Part shown: positions 50,408-60,932 of the stretch, piece after piece
Layout of the letters: each line of letters begins with the position of its first letter
How positions within the stretch are numbered: position 1 is the first letter of the stretch
From: Giardia intestinalis
Taxonomy: Eukaryota
Strand: one strand, 5' to 3'
Length of the DNA stretch: 64,000 nucleotides
Assembly (NCBI GenBank): GCA_000002435.2
Contig: CM018791.1
Notes under the pieces: model-generated
The model's input: only the letters and a program-made list of their open reading frames with translations
What the model was told of the DNA's origin: nothing
The model's database searches: none
Position numbers and translations under genes: made by a program

Positions 50408-50817
50408 TTTGCTTGTTTACTCTGCTTCACAAAGTGGCTCGCCAGCCAGTGGCCGAGTAAACCACTAGTCGCCCTCGATCCTCATAGCTCCATGTCCAGC
50501 CAGCGGCACGCACGGGCCTTCTATTCACGCAGTAGTGAATCAAGCACGCTCGACATCGTGCCTGTGGCTACCTGGTCAACAGAAGTCTGAGCAACGTTGG
50601 CTTCAGGCAACCCTCTTTATTGTCAGTTGTATGAGGCGTGGAAGATATACTCTGTCCTCGTTATCATAGGTGCACAACAAGAAGGCAGATGCAAGGCCCG
50701 CTGTTTCCAAATCTATGAGCCTTGTCACCTGAGGAGCACCGTATCCAAAACCCAGCACATAGATAGTTACTAAGTGCATGATTTATCAATCCTACTGCTC
50801 ACTACTTAACTGCGTGC

Positions 50818-52038
50818 TTACGCCTTCCCCCTGCAAAGAAAGCCCACGAGGCCGGCCACAACGGAGATCCCCGCGATGGCACCAGTGGAGAGCCCGCCCC
50901 TGTTGGTACTCATAGACACACAGGAGGTCCCAGCATCATCAGGACTGTACCCATCGTTGCACACACAGACAGAGTTATCATCAGTGGAGTTGCTGGGACA
51001 GCCATCCACGCATGACTTCCTTCCTGGGCTCACCTTCTTCCCAGTACTACACTTAGTGCACGTAACAAGGACCCCTTCAACTTGACCTTCGATCAGTGCG
51101 CATTCCAAGCAGTGCTCTATACCACCGCTAGCATTCTCACCACAAGGAAGACACTTCTTCTTATTCTCTGCATTGTCGTTGGGGAAGTGCGTTCCGGTGC
51201 ATGCGTTCCTGAGAATACAGCTAGTGGGATCGCCGCCTTTCAGGTACTTGCCTTCTTGGCACTCAGTGCATGTGGCAGGGGTGTTTGCATTTCCTGGTGT
51301 AGTGCACTTCAGGCACCCATCAACGCCCCTCCATGTACTGCCAGATGTATCTCCGCACAATATACACTTGCCCGCTTGCCCAGAAGCTGCCCCAAGGAAG
51401 TGTGTTTCCTCTGTACACGACTTGCACTTAGTATCTCCTGTGGCCTCACACGTTTTACAACTACCATCACAGGCAGTGCACCCTTTACTGCTATCTACAA
51501 AGAACCCGTCCTCACAGGCCGTGCACGTGGCAGCCTTGGGAGTAGTAGTATCACTTGCTTCTGTGGGCTCCTCACACCGAGTGCAGTGCAGCACGCCCTT
51601 GTACTTGTGGCTGTTTCCAGCCAACACTTCTTCAACATCTCCACATGGTATAACAGATTGGTGTGCATTATCTCTATCAGCATCGGGTGGTAGGAAGTAT
51701 CCTTGCACGGCTTGTATGCACTTACCAGCCTCTGCTGTTTCACACATTGTGTTGCCAGGTGCCTGGCTATCCTTGTAGCATTCGCCCTTGTACATGAAGG
51801 ATTCATAAGCGCACTGTGTGCACTTCCCATCTTGTTTTTGGTTGCATTCGTTGTTGTCTGCTGAGCACACTCCGTCCGTCGGGGCAGATTGAGACCCACC
51901 GCCGTTACACTGCGAGCAGTACTTCTTGCCGTTGATGATGACGCTACAGGTCTTGCACGTATTAGAGTCACCACCAGAGACGGGCGTGCAGTCGCCTTCT
52001 GCATACGCTAATTGAAGAACAAGGCCTATCAGCAGGAC
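50818..52038 (-). CDS. variant-specific surface protein (VSP) with a CRGKA tail, but with no in-frame initiator ATG (possible pseudogene or start-codon lesion)
   Basis: The track ORF 50818..51870 begins on GTG. The same frame stays open for 56 more codons upstream and encodes a typical VSP signal peptide VLLIGLVLQLAYA, then EGDCTP... . It is bounded by a TAG immediately 5' of the Val codon. The ectodomain has dense CxxC repeats and ends GAIAGISVVAGLVGFLCRGKA*. Coordinates are good to about 2 nt. Confidence 0.65.
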   Translation of the reverse strand, partial: VLLIGLVLQLAYAEGDCTPVSGGDSNTCKTCSVIINGKKYCSQCNGGGSQSAPTDGVCSADNNECNQKQDGKCTQCAYESFMYKGECYKDSQAPGNTMCETAEAGKCIQAVQGYFLPPDADRDNAHQSVIPCGDVEEVLAGNSHKYKGVLHCTRCEEPTEASDTTTPKAATCTACEDGFFVDSSKGCTACDGSCKTCEATGDTKCKSCTEETHFLGAASGQAGKCILCGDTSGSTWRGVDGCLKCTTPGNANTPATCTECQEGKYLKGGDPTSCILRNACTGTHFPNDNAENKKKCLPCGENASGGIEHCLECALIEGQVEGVLVTCTKCSTGKKVSPGRKSCVDGCPSNSTDDNSVCVCNDGYSPDDAGTSCVSMSTNRGGLSTGAIAGISVVAGLVGFLCRGKA

Positions 52039-52700
52039 CTACCGAACACAGAGGACCCGACTACCGAATGGCTTGCGTGATAGTAGTGTTTGCCAGTGCC
52101 CGGGAAATCCATGGACGGACCACGAGAATATATTAATGTAACAGTTACATGAACCTTAAGAATAGGATAAATTTAGGATTAGCGTCACTAGAGTTTTCAC
52201 ATTAGCACGCTAGAGTTCCGTTAATGCTTCCGCTATCGGAGCGATATACGTCCGGCGGGAAACACATTGCTCAGTGCCCGCTATCGCTCAGAACTGCGCT
52301 ACCACCCCATACACTATGGCCCAAGCATTTTCTGCTAACCCTCAGTAGAGGCGTTTTGACCCTTCTATCCCAATCAGCTTGATAGCTTCTGCTGCGTTCC
52401 TATGTGCAGAGACGGAGGATCACACTAGCTACTGACAAGGGCATTCTGCCGGCCGTACATCCCCTGATGCTACGTAGGAGATACATTGCAGTTCATAGCA
52501 AACAAACGTCTAAGTAAAGACTGGCGTGCACCTGAGAGTGATGAATAGTTCATTCGGCTAAGATTGGCATATCCCACTGAAAGGAATTAGTGTCCAAGTA
52601 AATTGCTCAGTGGACATGAAGCAAACTGGCCAATACCTTACGCTCTATCTTGATGGTATAGTGATTATATACTGATCAATTAAAGAGTTAGAGAGACTAA

Positions 52701-55247
52701 ATGGAAGGCGCAGATTCATGGTTTCGCGCCGTACTAGCTCAGGACTCACGTCAAGTAATGTCTCTTATTGATAAGTGGGCCAGGAGTCGGACTGCAGAAG
52801 GTGAGACGGCTTTGATGCTCGCAGTCCGCAGTCGAAGCCAAGACATGGTGCGCATCTTAGTTCCCCATGAGGCAGGCCTTCTAACACCAAGTGGCGAGAC
52901 TTCTCTGGCGATCGCAGTTCAGATAGACGCACCAGAGCTCTGTAAGTTACTTGCTCGAGAAGAGGGTGGGATCGCTCTTCCCGACGGCTCAACCCCGCTC
53001 CGCTTAGCCATGGACTTGAACCATATCGACTGTGTGAAAGCTCTTTCCATTTACTATGATGCTAGGCGAGACGAGCATGGCCTCACACACCTGGATTACG
53101 CCGTACTTGATAAAAACATTGCTATCGTGGAAATCCTTTGCACCACAGGATACTATAGTGCCGAGGCAATAGCCGAAGCGCTTGATTTTGCTAGAAAAGA
53201 TAATGCTCCAGATGTGGCAGAAGGATTGGAGCGGTGGCTGAGTGCCAATTCACATCTGCTGACCCCTAAAAGTGGCCTTCCGTTCAGCTCCCGCTTATCA
53301 CCATGTCCAGATATGAGCAGTACTTCATACAGCACCGCACCAACCAGTGTATTTATCGCTAGCCCCACTGCCCTGCAAACAAAGCCCGCCACAAAGCGCA
53401 CTACACAGGAAACGGTATCGAAGCCAGTGCGCACACGTCCTGGTAGTGCCTCTGCTTCACAAGGTGTCCGCTCAACCACCCTTGCACCTTCTTCTCTTGC
53501 ACAGGTACTAGCGCAGTCCCGCGCAATGAGCTACGGTTACAAGGAACAGATCCATAAGTTAGAAGAGCACACAGCACAATTAACCAAGAGGGTTGCTGAG
53601 AGTGAAGAACGTAACGCTTTTCTCGAGTTATTTTGCATCAAGCAACAAAAGTACATAACGGCCTTGTCGAAGGAGTTGCATATCTTCCGAGAAGCAGTGT
53701 ATAACATCACGTCAGAGAGAATAGAATACCTACATGAGCACCCAGCACATAGAACCAGAGACAGAGAGTACGTGTTGGGTCCAAGGAAAGGATTACGCAG
53801 CTTGAATAGCGATGAAGCTCCTGGTGCAAAGCTTAGTCAGGGAAATATTACATCTTCTACCATTCGCCGCCTTCTATCCACCACTGATGAATCAGTGAGG
53901 ACGGAGACGCCACAGCAGCTTTCTATAGACCTCAAAAGGCTACATAACCACATCAGTAAGACAATGTGCTATGATAACGACGTGTTAAGCGAGCTATCTG
54001 CAGATATGAGCACCTATATAAAGAAATTCAACACTCCCAGAAATGATCTTCGAACAGCATTTCTCGACGCATCATATGGCACACCCAGGAAATCCAAGAG
54101 TTGCACTAGGGAGCATCAACTGCAGAGTTTTGCCATCAAAAGCGCAGTTAACAAAGATACAGTGGCTCAAGTGAAAAGCCCCACGAATCGGAGCACAGTA
54201 CGAGGAAGAGAGCTGAAGGGGCTTCCTATCAATTACGAAAAATATAGATTGTATAGTGACGCAACTTACAGGCAAATAGGTAGTGGGCCATTCAGCATCC
54301 CAGAATCTCCACCCATTAAGGGGTCTGAAGTGCGGTGCACCAGTCTCCCCACGTCCCTAGTGAGGAGGCCTGTCGTCACAGATGATGAGCTTTTCTATAT
54401 GTATACATCCAGACACTTTGAAGTGCCACCTGAGCCCAGTAGATCCCAGGAGCACGACACGCATTATTCGAATAGTTTGAATAAGGATGAATCTATACCT
54501 CTCCTTTTAACGCCAGGAGAGTCGGCGTCCTCATTGTCTCAACCTTCCATTTCGCCATCAGTGGATATTACAAATACCATGACAGCGTCTACCATTGCAC
54601 AGCTGGATGTGATAGCTTACTACATAGTTGACCATATTCCCACACCAGAACAGTACCTTTTAGCAAAGGACGACGCAGAATCAGAGCTTATGCTAGCAGC
54701 CTACGAAAACGATCTCCAAGGATGTCTGAAACATTTTAGAGACCAGTCTGGAAGATGCACGCTCAAAGGAGTGACCGCTCTCATGATAGCTGCAGAACGC
54801 GGATATGCAGACTGTGTCCGAGTCCTGAGAAGAACGGAAGCAGGACATCAGATATCTGATCCTCATTACGCCACTGCTCCAAGCACAGCTCTGATGTTTG
54901 CAGCACTTAACGGACACTTGGATTGCGCAAGACTTCTTCTGGAGACAGATGAAAAGACTGCAGACGATCGAGGATGGACTGCACTGATGTGTGCAACATG
55001 CTCCGGCAACAAGTCAATGATAGCTCTTCTTTTGCCAAGCCAGGCAGGACGTGTTACAACGGATCACTTTGCATTCGGGGAGGGGTTTGGAGCTCTTAGT
55101 ATCGCAATACTGCTGGATAACATCGATACAGTTACTGTATTAATGCAAAGTGAAAGAGAGCGAGAGTCATTGAATTTGTGTCAATACCGTGCGATTGACT
55201 TGGCGAGAAGCAAGGCCATGAGAACCCATCTCCAAAGCTTCCCTTGA
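52701..55247 (+). CDS. ankyrin-repeat protein (protein 21.1 family) with a central coiled-coil/linker region
   Basis: ATG checked. Ankyrin repeats occupy both ends (GETALMLAVRS..., GVTALMIAAERGYADCVRVL...GWTALMCATCSGN). Residues about 270-330 are coiled-coil-like (HKLEEHTAQLTKRVAESEERNAFLELF). Confidence 0.85.
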   Translation: MEGADSWFRAVLAQDSRQVMSLIDKWARSRTAEGETALMLAVRSRSQDMVRILVPHEAGLLTPSGETSLAIAVQIDAPELCKLLAREEGGIALPDGSTPLRLAMDLNHIDCVKALSIYYDARRDEHGLTHLDYAVLDKNIAIVEILCTTGYYSAEAIAEALDFARKDNAPDVAEGLERWLSANSHLLTPKSGLPFSSRLSPCPDMSSTSYSTAPTSVFIASPTALQTKPATKRTTQETVSKPVRTRPGSASASQGVRSTTLAPSSLAQVLAQSRAMSYGYKEQIHKLEEHTAQLTKRVAESEERNAFLELFCIKQQKYITALSKELHIFREAVYNITSERIEYLHEHPAHRTRDREYVLGPRKGLRSLNSDEAPGAKLSQGNITSSTIRRLLSTTDESVRTETPQQLSIDLKRLHNHISKTMCYDNDVLSELSADMSTYIKKFNTPRNDLRTAFLDASYGTPRKSKSCTREHQLQSFAIKSAVNKDTVAQVKSPTNRSTVRGRELKGLPINYEKYRLYSDATYRQIGSGPFSIPESPPIKGSEVRCTSLPTSLVRRPVVTDDELFYMYTSRHFEVPPEPSRSQEHDTHYSNSLNKDESIPLLLTPGESASSLSQPSISPSVDITNTMTASTIAQLDVIAYYIVDHIPTPEQYLLAKDDAESELMLAAYENDLQGCLKHFRDQSGRCTLKGVTALMIAAERGYADCVRVLRRTEAGHQISDPHYATAPSTALMFAALNGHLDCARLLLETDEKTADDRGWTALMCATCSGNKSMIALLLPSQAGRVTTDHFAFGEGFGALSIAILLDNIDTVTVLMQSERERESLNLCQYRAIDLARSKAMRTHLQSFP

Positions 55248-55253
55248 AGCCCA

Positions 55254-57239
55254 TTAGAGATATGACATAGGTGACAAGCACATAGGACAGAGCCAGTACA
55301 CTGTGCCCAGTTCAATAAAGAGAGTTATTATAGAGTCTCTGTCCATTTGCCAGTCAGGTGACCCGCGTACTTGTTGTACAAGACTTACTATTGTATCAGA
55401 GAAGACGACCTCGCAACGGCTGCAGAACGGAAGGCTCAGGTCGCTGCATAATTCGCCCGTGAATACACATAAGCTATAAGCCACTCCACTAAAGGCGCTA
55501 TCCGTGACGTTCTCAATACTAGCAGTCTCAAGGAGGGCGCTGGGATTTATATTGCGTTTATATTTGGATGATTGTAACGCTAGCAAGAATGCGTCTCGAC
55601 AATGCTGGGGAGTGAGTGTACCGGCTGCGCGGAGAGACTGGATGGTGAGGTCCTTCGGTAATAGGAGCTGTGGGGTCGCATCCTTTGTGATTTCTTGCTG
55701 TAAAAACAGGCACCGACTAGTGGAACACCTCTGCACCAAACATTGTGTGCCGTAAGGAAAAGGAAGACGATGAGCAGTAGTGCGCAATAGGCGTTGCTGT
55801 GTGGTGCCTGAGATTGGCTTGTGCAAGCAAAAAGCAGATACCGATAGCGGAACAAACGAAGATACGATCATCCGGAGAGGGATTATATGCACTCTCCGTA
55901 TTGGAAGAAGCTGGGTCACAGATGAGGGGTCTGCAGAACAGGGACCTGCAATCAGCGACAGAGTAGCATCCGAAAAATGTGCAAGTAGAAGCTGTGTTGA
56001 AGTAGTATGAATAGAAGAACTGCCTCCATCCTGGTTAAAGTCTAAAAATATTACGGCCCCATTCATGGTCAAAATTCCAACCAAGGACGGCAAAATAGCG
56101 ACCATATCGGATATATAGTGCAAGCACCCTTCGGGTTCAGATGGAATGGCAATCGAGAGATGAGGATCTGAAAGTTGGTAGCTGGCAGTACCCCATGTAA
56201 CCAGGCCTCCATTTTCTGCCAAGCCTTCCAGACTGTGGATGATGGGGGATGGAACAACGCTCCGCAACTTGTCATTTGTAGTAGTTGCGCTTTTTAGGCC
56301 ATCTATCGGGCTCCACGCCCCGTGCAGCCTAACTGACACTATGTCAAAAGGACCATTGAGATGATGCACAAAGGCAACAGTGAAGATACGAAGAGTAGAA
56401 TCAACACAGAACGCATAAACTCTCATATCATGATTGCATGAGATCGGGATCATGGTGATCTTCTGCATCCTTGTAACGTCAGTACCCAAAACAACTGACT
56501 GCTGCACAATGATACTATCGTTGATCCGGAAATTAATAAAGATGCAGCAAAGATCACAGAGTATGGCAGCAGCTCCTATGAGCGGCTCATAAGAGACAGA
56601 TATGATGTGCGATACAGACGAAAACACATGTAGACGCTTGATTTCAAGCGATGACTCGTCAATGACCCCGTCTGCGTAGGCTTCTGGAGCAATGGTCACC
56701 TGTAAAATGGTAATTGTCACGCTATCCTTGGTTTCGCCTATAGTGGATATTGCGATGTATGCAAGCTGGTCTGTGAGCGCGATGACATGTGACGTGTAAA
56801 GATTTGGCACCATGCGCCGGACATAATGTGCAGGAAGATAAGAGGTGATGGTTTTTCCAAGGAAAAAAGTATATAGATATATGTCACCTAGAAAAGTAAC
56901 CACGCACAGTCGTGGGCAAAGGGCTCTATACATCTTTGTTTCTGCCAAGCCCCAGATGAGCTGCTGTGGAACGCTCGGTGAGCTATCGCTTATGCGCCAG
57001 AGACAGCGCGAGCCAGAAATGCTGTTCAGGGGATCATCCTCTAAGGTATCTGTCGGGGATGGAATGGGGATTGTCAGATCCAGGGTGGTGCTGTTGGCAA
57101 GCGCAATGCAGACGTTTTCACTACAAAAAGCTACATCTCCAAAACAGCTGACTGTAAAGAGGCCTTCTTCGGGGGTTAGGGGGCCGAATGCATAGGCATG
57201 TCGGAGGCCCGCGCCGAGGTATGCCGGGTTAATAGACAT
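55254..57239 (-). CDS. hypothetical protein (661 aa)
   Basis: ATG checked. It is convergent with the ankyrin gene with a 6-nt gap, and divergent from the LRR gene across a 78-nt AT-rich spacer. No recognisable motif. Confidence 0.65.
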   Translation of the reverse strand: MSINPAYLGAGLRHAYAFGPLTPEEGLFTVSCFGDVAFCSENVCIALANSTTLDLTIPIPSPTDTLEDDPLNSISGSRCLWRISDSSPSVPQQLIWGLAETKMYRALCPRLCVVTFLGDIYLYTFFLGKTITSYLPAHYVRRMVPNLYTSHVIALTDQLAYIAISTIGETKDSVTITILQVTIAPEAYADGVIDESSLEIKRLHVFSSVSHIISVSYEPLIGAAAILCDLCCIFINFRINDSIIVQQSVVLGTDVTRMQKITMIPISCNHDMRVYAFCVDSTLRIFTVAFVHHLNGPFDIVSVRLHGAWSPIDGLKSATTTNDKLRSVVPSPIIHSLEGLAENGGLVTWGTASYQLSDPHLSIAIPSEPEGCLHYISDMVAILPSLVGILTMNGAVIFLDFNQDGGSSSIHTTSTQLLLAHFSDATLSLIAGPCSADPSSVTQLLPIRRVHIIPLRMIVSSFVPLSVSAFCLHKPISGTTQQRLLRTTAHRLPFPYGTQCLVQRCSTSRCLFLQQEITKDATPQLLLPKDLTIQSLRAAGTLTPQHCRDAFLLALQSSKYKRNINPSALLETASIENVTDSAFSGVAYSLCVFTGELCSDLSLPFCSRCEVVFSDTIVSLVQQVRGSPDWQMDRDSIITLFIELGTVYWLCPMCLSPMSYL

Positions 57240-57317
57240 GGAATGTTACAATAGACGCACATTTTAGCGAAATATTTCATTAAAAATTACACAAGCGGTG
57301 GAATAATAAAGGACTTC
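57240..57317. promoter_or_regulatory. bidirectional AT-rich promoter spacer between two divergent genes
   Basis: The 78-nt spacer (…gaaatatttcattaaaaattacacaag…aataataaaggacttcATG) is the only sequence between two ATGs that are transcribed away from each other. Confidence 0.4.
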
Positions 57318-59405
57318 ATGATATCGGCTCTGTTGCTTCTTCTCCTTGTAGCGGCCAGCGCCGCGTATACAGAGGAGCAACTCAGCTGTCTGTATCGCTT
57401 GTACGATGAGACAGGTGGCGAGAATTGGCACGTTAAGACACATTGGCCACCTCCGGAGTTGCGCGTCTTTCCTCACGACCCGTGCACCTTTGCCGGCATC
57501 ACCTGTTCCAAGAAGAAAGACATAGAGATGATCATTCTCTCTGGGAATAACCTGGTCGGCAGCCTCCCCGGATGTTTGCATGTGTTTGACGTGACAGACA
57601 TGGAATTCTCAACGAATCAGCTTTATGGAGAGTTTCCTCGAGTCAACTGCAGCAGGCTCGACACTCTGTACTACAAGTTCAATAAGTTCACCAGCCTTCC
57701 CGAAAACATTTGTGATTGTCATTCTCTTCAGTACTTACACGTTGAGTACAATGACATGAGCGGACATGTCTTCCCAAGTTGCCTGCTAGAGAGGTCTGAG
57801 CAATTTGGGATTTTCTACGCCGTCAATAACAATTTGTATCTAGACAGCAAAGCCAAATATACACCGGCTTCTACAAATTTCATCGCAGGAGGCAACGACC
57901 TTCATCTGGACTTCTCCACGGCATCTCTTGCAAAGTCTCCCGATACAACAATGCTAGACATTTCTGCAACCAAATCTAAGGGTCACATAAGCTTCCCAGA
58001 GCTTTTCAACAAGTATTCTTCCGTCAAAGAGCTCAATCTTCAGGGTAACCTCTTCACTGGTGACCCTTTTACGACAGAAACTCTAAAGCCGAACCATCTG
58101 CTTCAAGTCTTGGACTTGGATAACAACAGTTTTGCCAGCGTCATCACATCTAGCGCTCTCCTCCAATACTTCAACCAGTATCCCGCGAAAATGATATCCT
58201 TTAGGGTAAGCAACAACCACATCACTGGACTACCGCCTACCACTAAAATGCTGGGAGTGATTCGTGCAAGGTTACCGAATCTTCAGGCTTTCGATCTTGG
58301 CTCCAATCCGTTTCTGTGCCCGCCGGACTATTCTGCTTATGAATATTCCTTAGGCTGCACACATATTTTGATAGAGAAGATTAGTGTTGCTAATAATGCA
58401 GGTGTCCAAATCACCACATATCTGTCCACTGATATTGCATTTAAGCATCTTCCCGTTGACCTCATTGTTCCTCACTTATCTGTTAACCTTATGAACACGA
58501 CGGCTGGAGTAGATGCGGATGAATGGTTTCTGGTTCCATCTATAGACCTCATGACTCTTGTGGATGCTAACACTAATAAGTACAAGGCTACATTCTCGAT
58601 AACCGAAGCAGATGCTGTCTCTCTCTTCGGAGACAGCTTCCAGAGCATTACCCCTGACAAAGTTCGCATCTTGTTTGATGGCAAGTGCGTCTCCATACAT
58701 GAGAGCCGCAAGAAAGATGCTGCTGTTGATAGCCGTTTCAATGATGCTGTCTTGCGAGAATCAGAGGAGAGGTATCGCCGTACATCTCAAGGTGCTGATG
58801 ACTTGAAGATTCTCGTGGAGTTCTACGGCATTTCCAAATGTCCGGGATACATATCCACAGTCAATGAGCTGATCAATCCATTCATACGTCAATACCCAGA
58901 GCTGCTCCAAATAGTGGACATCAGATTTGTGTCGCAGGCCGATGCAGAATCGAGGTACTCTGCCCATGGAATCACTATGCACGGGCAAGGAGAGGTGTTT
59001 GGAGATAGGTTTTTGATGTGTTTGCAAGAATATGCCGATTACTTCATCTTCAACGATGTCACCTCCTGTTTATACGAGGACGGAACAAGCTCCTCCATCC
59101 CATACGCTATTGAAGACTGTTTAGATCAAGTGATTTCCGATAAGGCGCTGCAAAAGAAAATCATGGACTGCAAAGATGGCGAGATGGCAACGTCCCTTTT
59201 TGTAGAATCTAAAAAGAGGTGCCGTCAGTTGGGTGCTGCGTTTTCATGTACTATCTTTGCTGACTCTCAGCTTGTATGTCCATATGGTGATGCCACTTGC
59301 CCATTCGATCCTTTCGATATAGAATCCTTTGCCGTGTACCTTTGTAACTTGTATAGAGCCAAAAACTCATACATTCATAAGATGTGTGAGAACATTCTGA
59401 AGTAA
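57318..59405 (+). CDS. secreted leucine-rich-repeat protein with a cysteine-containing C-terminal domain (possibly GILT-like)
   Basis: Signal peptide MISALLLLLLVAASAA. A plant-type LRR N-terminal cap (LSCLYRLYDETGGENWHVKTHW...DPCTFAGITCS) is followed by LRRs (L..LDL..N.F). The last about 230 aa contain YGISKCPGY...HGITMHGQGEVFGDRFLMC, which resembles the CxxC...C.HG..EC motifs of gamma-interferon-inducible thiol reductase. Confidence 0.75.
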   Translation: MISALLLLLLVAASAAYTEEQLSCLYRLYDETGGENWHVKTHWPPPELRVFPHDPCTFAGITCSKKKDIEMIILSGNNLVGSLPGCLHVFDVTDMEFSTNQLYGEFPRVNCSRLDTLYYKFNKFTSLPENICDCHSLQYLHVEYNDMSGHVFPSCLLERSEQFGIFYAVNNNLYLDSKAKYTPASTNFIAGGNDLHLDFSTASLAKSPDTTMLDISATKSKGHISFPELFNKYSSVKELNLQGNLFTGDPFTTETLKPNHLLQVLDLDNNSFASVITSSALLQYFNQYPAKMISFRVSNNHITGLPPTTKMLGVIRARLPNLQAFDLGSNPFLCPPDYSAYEYSLGCTHILIEKISVANNAGVQITTYLSTDIAFKHLPVDLIVPHLSVNLMNTTAGVDADEWFLVPSIDLMTLVDANTNKYKATFSITEADAVSLFGDSFQSITPDKVRILFDGKCVSIHESRKKDAAVDSRFNDAVLRESEERYRRTSQGADDLKILVEFYGISKCPGYISTVNELINPFIRQYPELLQIVDIRFVSQADAESRYSAHGITMHGQGEVFGDRFLMCLQEYADYFIFNDVTSCLYEDGTSSSIPYAIEDCLDQVISDKALQKKIMDCKDGEMATSLFVESKKRCRQLGAAFSCTIFADSQLVCPYGDATCPFDPFDIESFAVYLCNLYRAKNSYIHKMCENILK

Positions 59406-59441
59406 GTAATGGAAATTACATGCAGTAAACAGGCTTGGCAC

Positions 59442-60932
59442 CTAACTCCGTGTGTGGACCTTTGGCTTTCCTCCAGATGTTATCTTCGGCTTTGATGAAA
59501 CTAGCTTGAAAAAGACCATTGCTGCAGGGTAGTTTCCTTGTGGAACCATGATTGCAGAAGGTGAAATGTACTTGTTCAACTGCTGAGTCTCCTCCAGAAC
59601 TGTATTAACAAGTGTCCAGAGACGAGGGTCCTTAAGCATGTTTCGTATAGTGATGGTGTGAATGCCAAAAGGGTCCTGACTTCCTGTGCGAATGAGGACT
59701 TCAATAAACTGTTTTCCCTTGGAAATGGCCATCAGTAGAAGCTTACACAGCCCAGCTACGGATTCGTTGGGGATCATAAGTTCGCTAGCAGTAGCGGTGC
59801 TGGTATTTTTGGTGCTCTTTTCAAGTGAAGTCCTATGGCTGTCGAAAGGAATCGTCCAAACGAATCCGGTCAAAAAGTAATAGTTATGCCTTAACCGGAC
59901 GTCTAAGGGCATGTTTGGTGGATTAGAGGGAAGAGGAAAGGGATGGTCTTCTACGTGCAAGATGTCATATAAGTCCTTGGAAATATTGATGAAGTAATTG
60001 GGAAACACGACTTTTCCGGTGTCTGGATGCCTCAGCCCGACTACCGAGCACCAGGTAATATCTGTGTAGTACCAGACCCCTTCTATCTGAACCATGTTCC
60101 AGCAATGTCCGCGTTCGCCCTGAGACGAAGAAGATGAGCCGCCAGATGAATCAAAAGGAACCAGCGGTCCATTACTTCGCCCTGTGACGAAAATACACGG
60201 AATTCCAAGACGGTTACAAAGGAAAAGAAAGGACCTGGCATAGCCCTCACATGCACAGTGTTTGTTGAAGAAGAATCCGGTTATGTTCGAGCGATTGGGG
60301 CCTTTTGCATCGTACTTGCAGTGAGACTTCATCCATGAAATAGTGGTCATCTCACGGACATAGTCAGTTTGATTAGGGCTTTCACTTATTTTCTTGTTTA
60401 GTGTGGATACTAATAACCGATCAATTTTATTCAGAACGTCATTTATCAGGTGAAAAGATGGATCATAGACAATCTTAATGGAGTGCAATCGTTTTTGTAT
60501 CCGCACAGTCTTAGTTATCTGGACTCCATAGAGTTCGGGAAAGTCGTAATTTATGGCTGTCCTAATCTTTTCGACCTCTGCATCAGTGATACCAGAGCAA
60601 TCTTCTGGAATGTGGATGGTCGGTGAGCGAATAGATACCACCATATGGAGAATGTAATCGTAACACTTTTTGAGGGGTCCTGTGAAAGTGGAGCGATGAT
60701 ACCTGTACTTCATTGACACTCCAAACACCTTCTCTAAATCTGTGTAACCAACAAAGCTAGTAGCGGTAGTTTGCGCCACGCCTGCGCCGAGCTGATTGAC
60801 AGATCGCGACTCTCTTGAAGACGGGCCGCCAGAGCGAATGTTGGATTGAGCTTCAGCTGATCCAGTGGACGGAGGACAGTCCGATGGTTTGGAAGAGGTG
60901 TTCGCTACGCTGGTGATATGCTTTCCACTCAT
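59442..60932 (-). CDS. transglutaminase-like (papain-fold Cys-His-Asp) domain protein
   Basis: The core motifs CEGYARSFLFLCNRLGIPCIFVTG (Cys) and HCWNMVQIEGVWYYTDITW (His, Asp) match the transglutaminase-like/kyphoscoliosis-peptidase-like superfamily. ATG checked. Confidence 0.6.
   Translation of the reverse strand: MSGKHITSVANTSSKPSDCPPSTGSAEAQSNIRSGGPSSRESRSVNQLGAGVAQTTATSFVGYTDLEKVFGVSMKYRYHRSTFTGPLKKCYDYILHMVVSIRSPTIHIPEDCSGITDAEVEKIRTAINYDFPELYGVQITKTVRIQKRLHSIKIVYDPSFHLINDVLNKIDRLLVSTLNKKISESPNQTDYVREMTTISWMKSHCKYDAKGPNRSNITGFFFNKHCACEGYARSFLFLCNRLGIPCIFVTGRSNGPLVPFDSSGGSSSSSQGERGHCWNMVQIEGVWYYTDITWCSVVGLRHPDTGKVVFPNYFINISKDLYDILHVEDHPFPLPSNPPNMPLDVRLRHNYYFLTGFVWTIPFDSHRTSLEKSTKNTSTATASELMIPNESVAGLCKLLLMAISKGKQFIEVLIRTGSQDPFGIHTITIRNMLKDPRLWTLVNTVLEETQQLNKYISPSAIMVPQGNYPAAMVFFKLVSSKPKITSGGKPKVHTRS

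Noticed and set aside
51082-51778. Two about 200-aa plus-strand ORFs (51082..51693 and 51173..51778) inside the VSP gene
   Set aside because: Shadow ORFs are expected on the antisense strand of VSPs, because reverse complements of TGC/TGT Cys codons (GCA/ACA) avoid stops. Their translations are Ala/Leu/Ser/Pro-rich and show no Cys periodicity.
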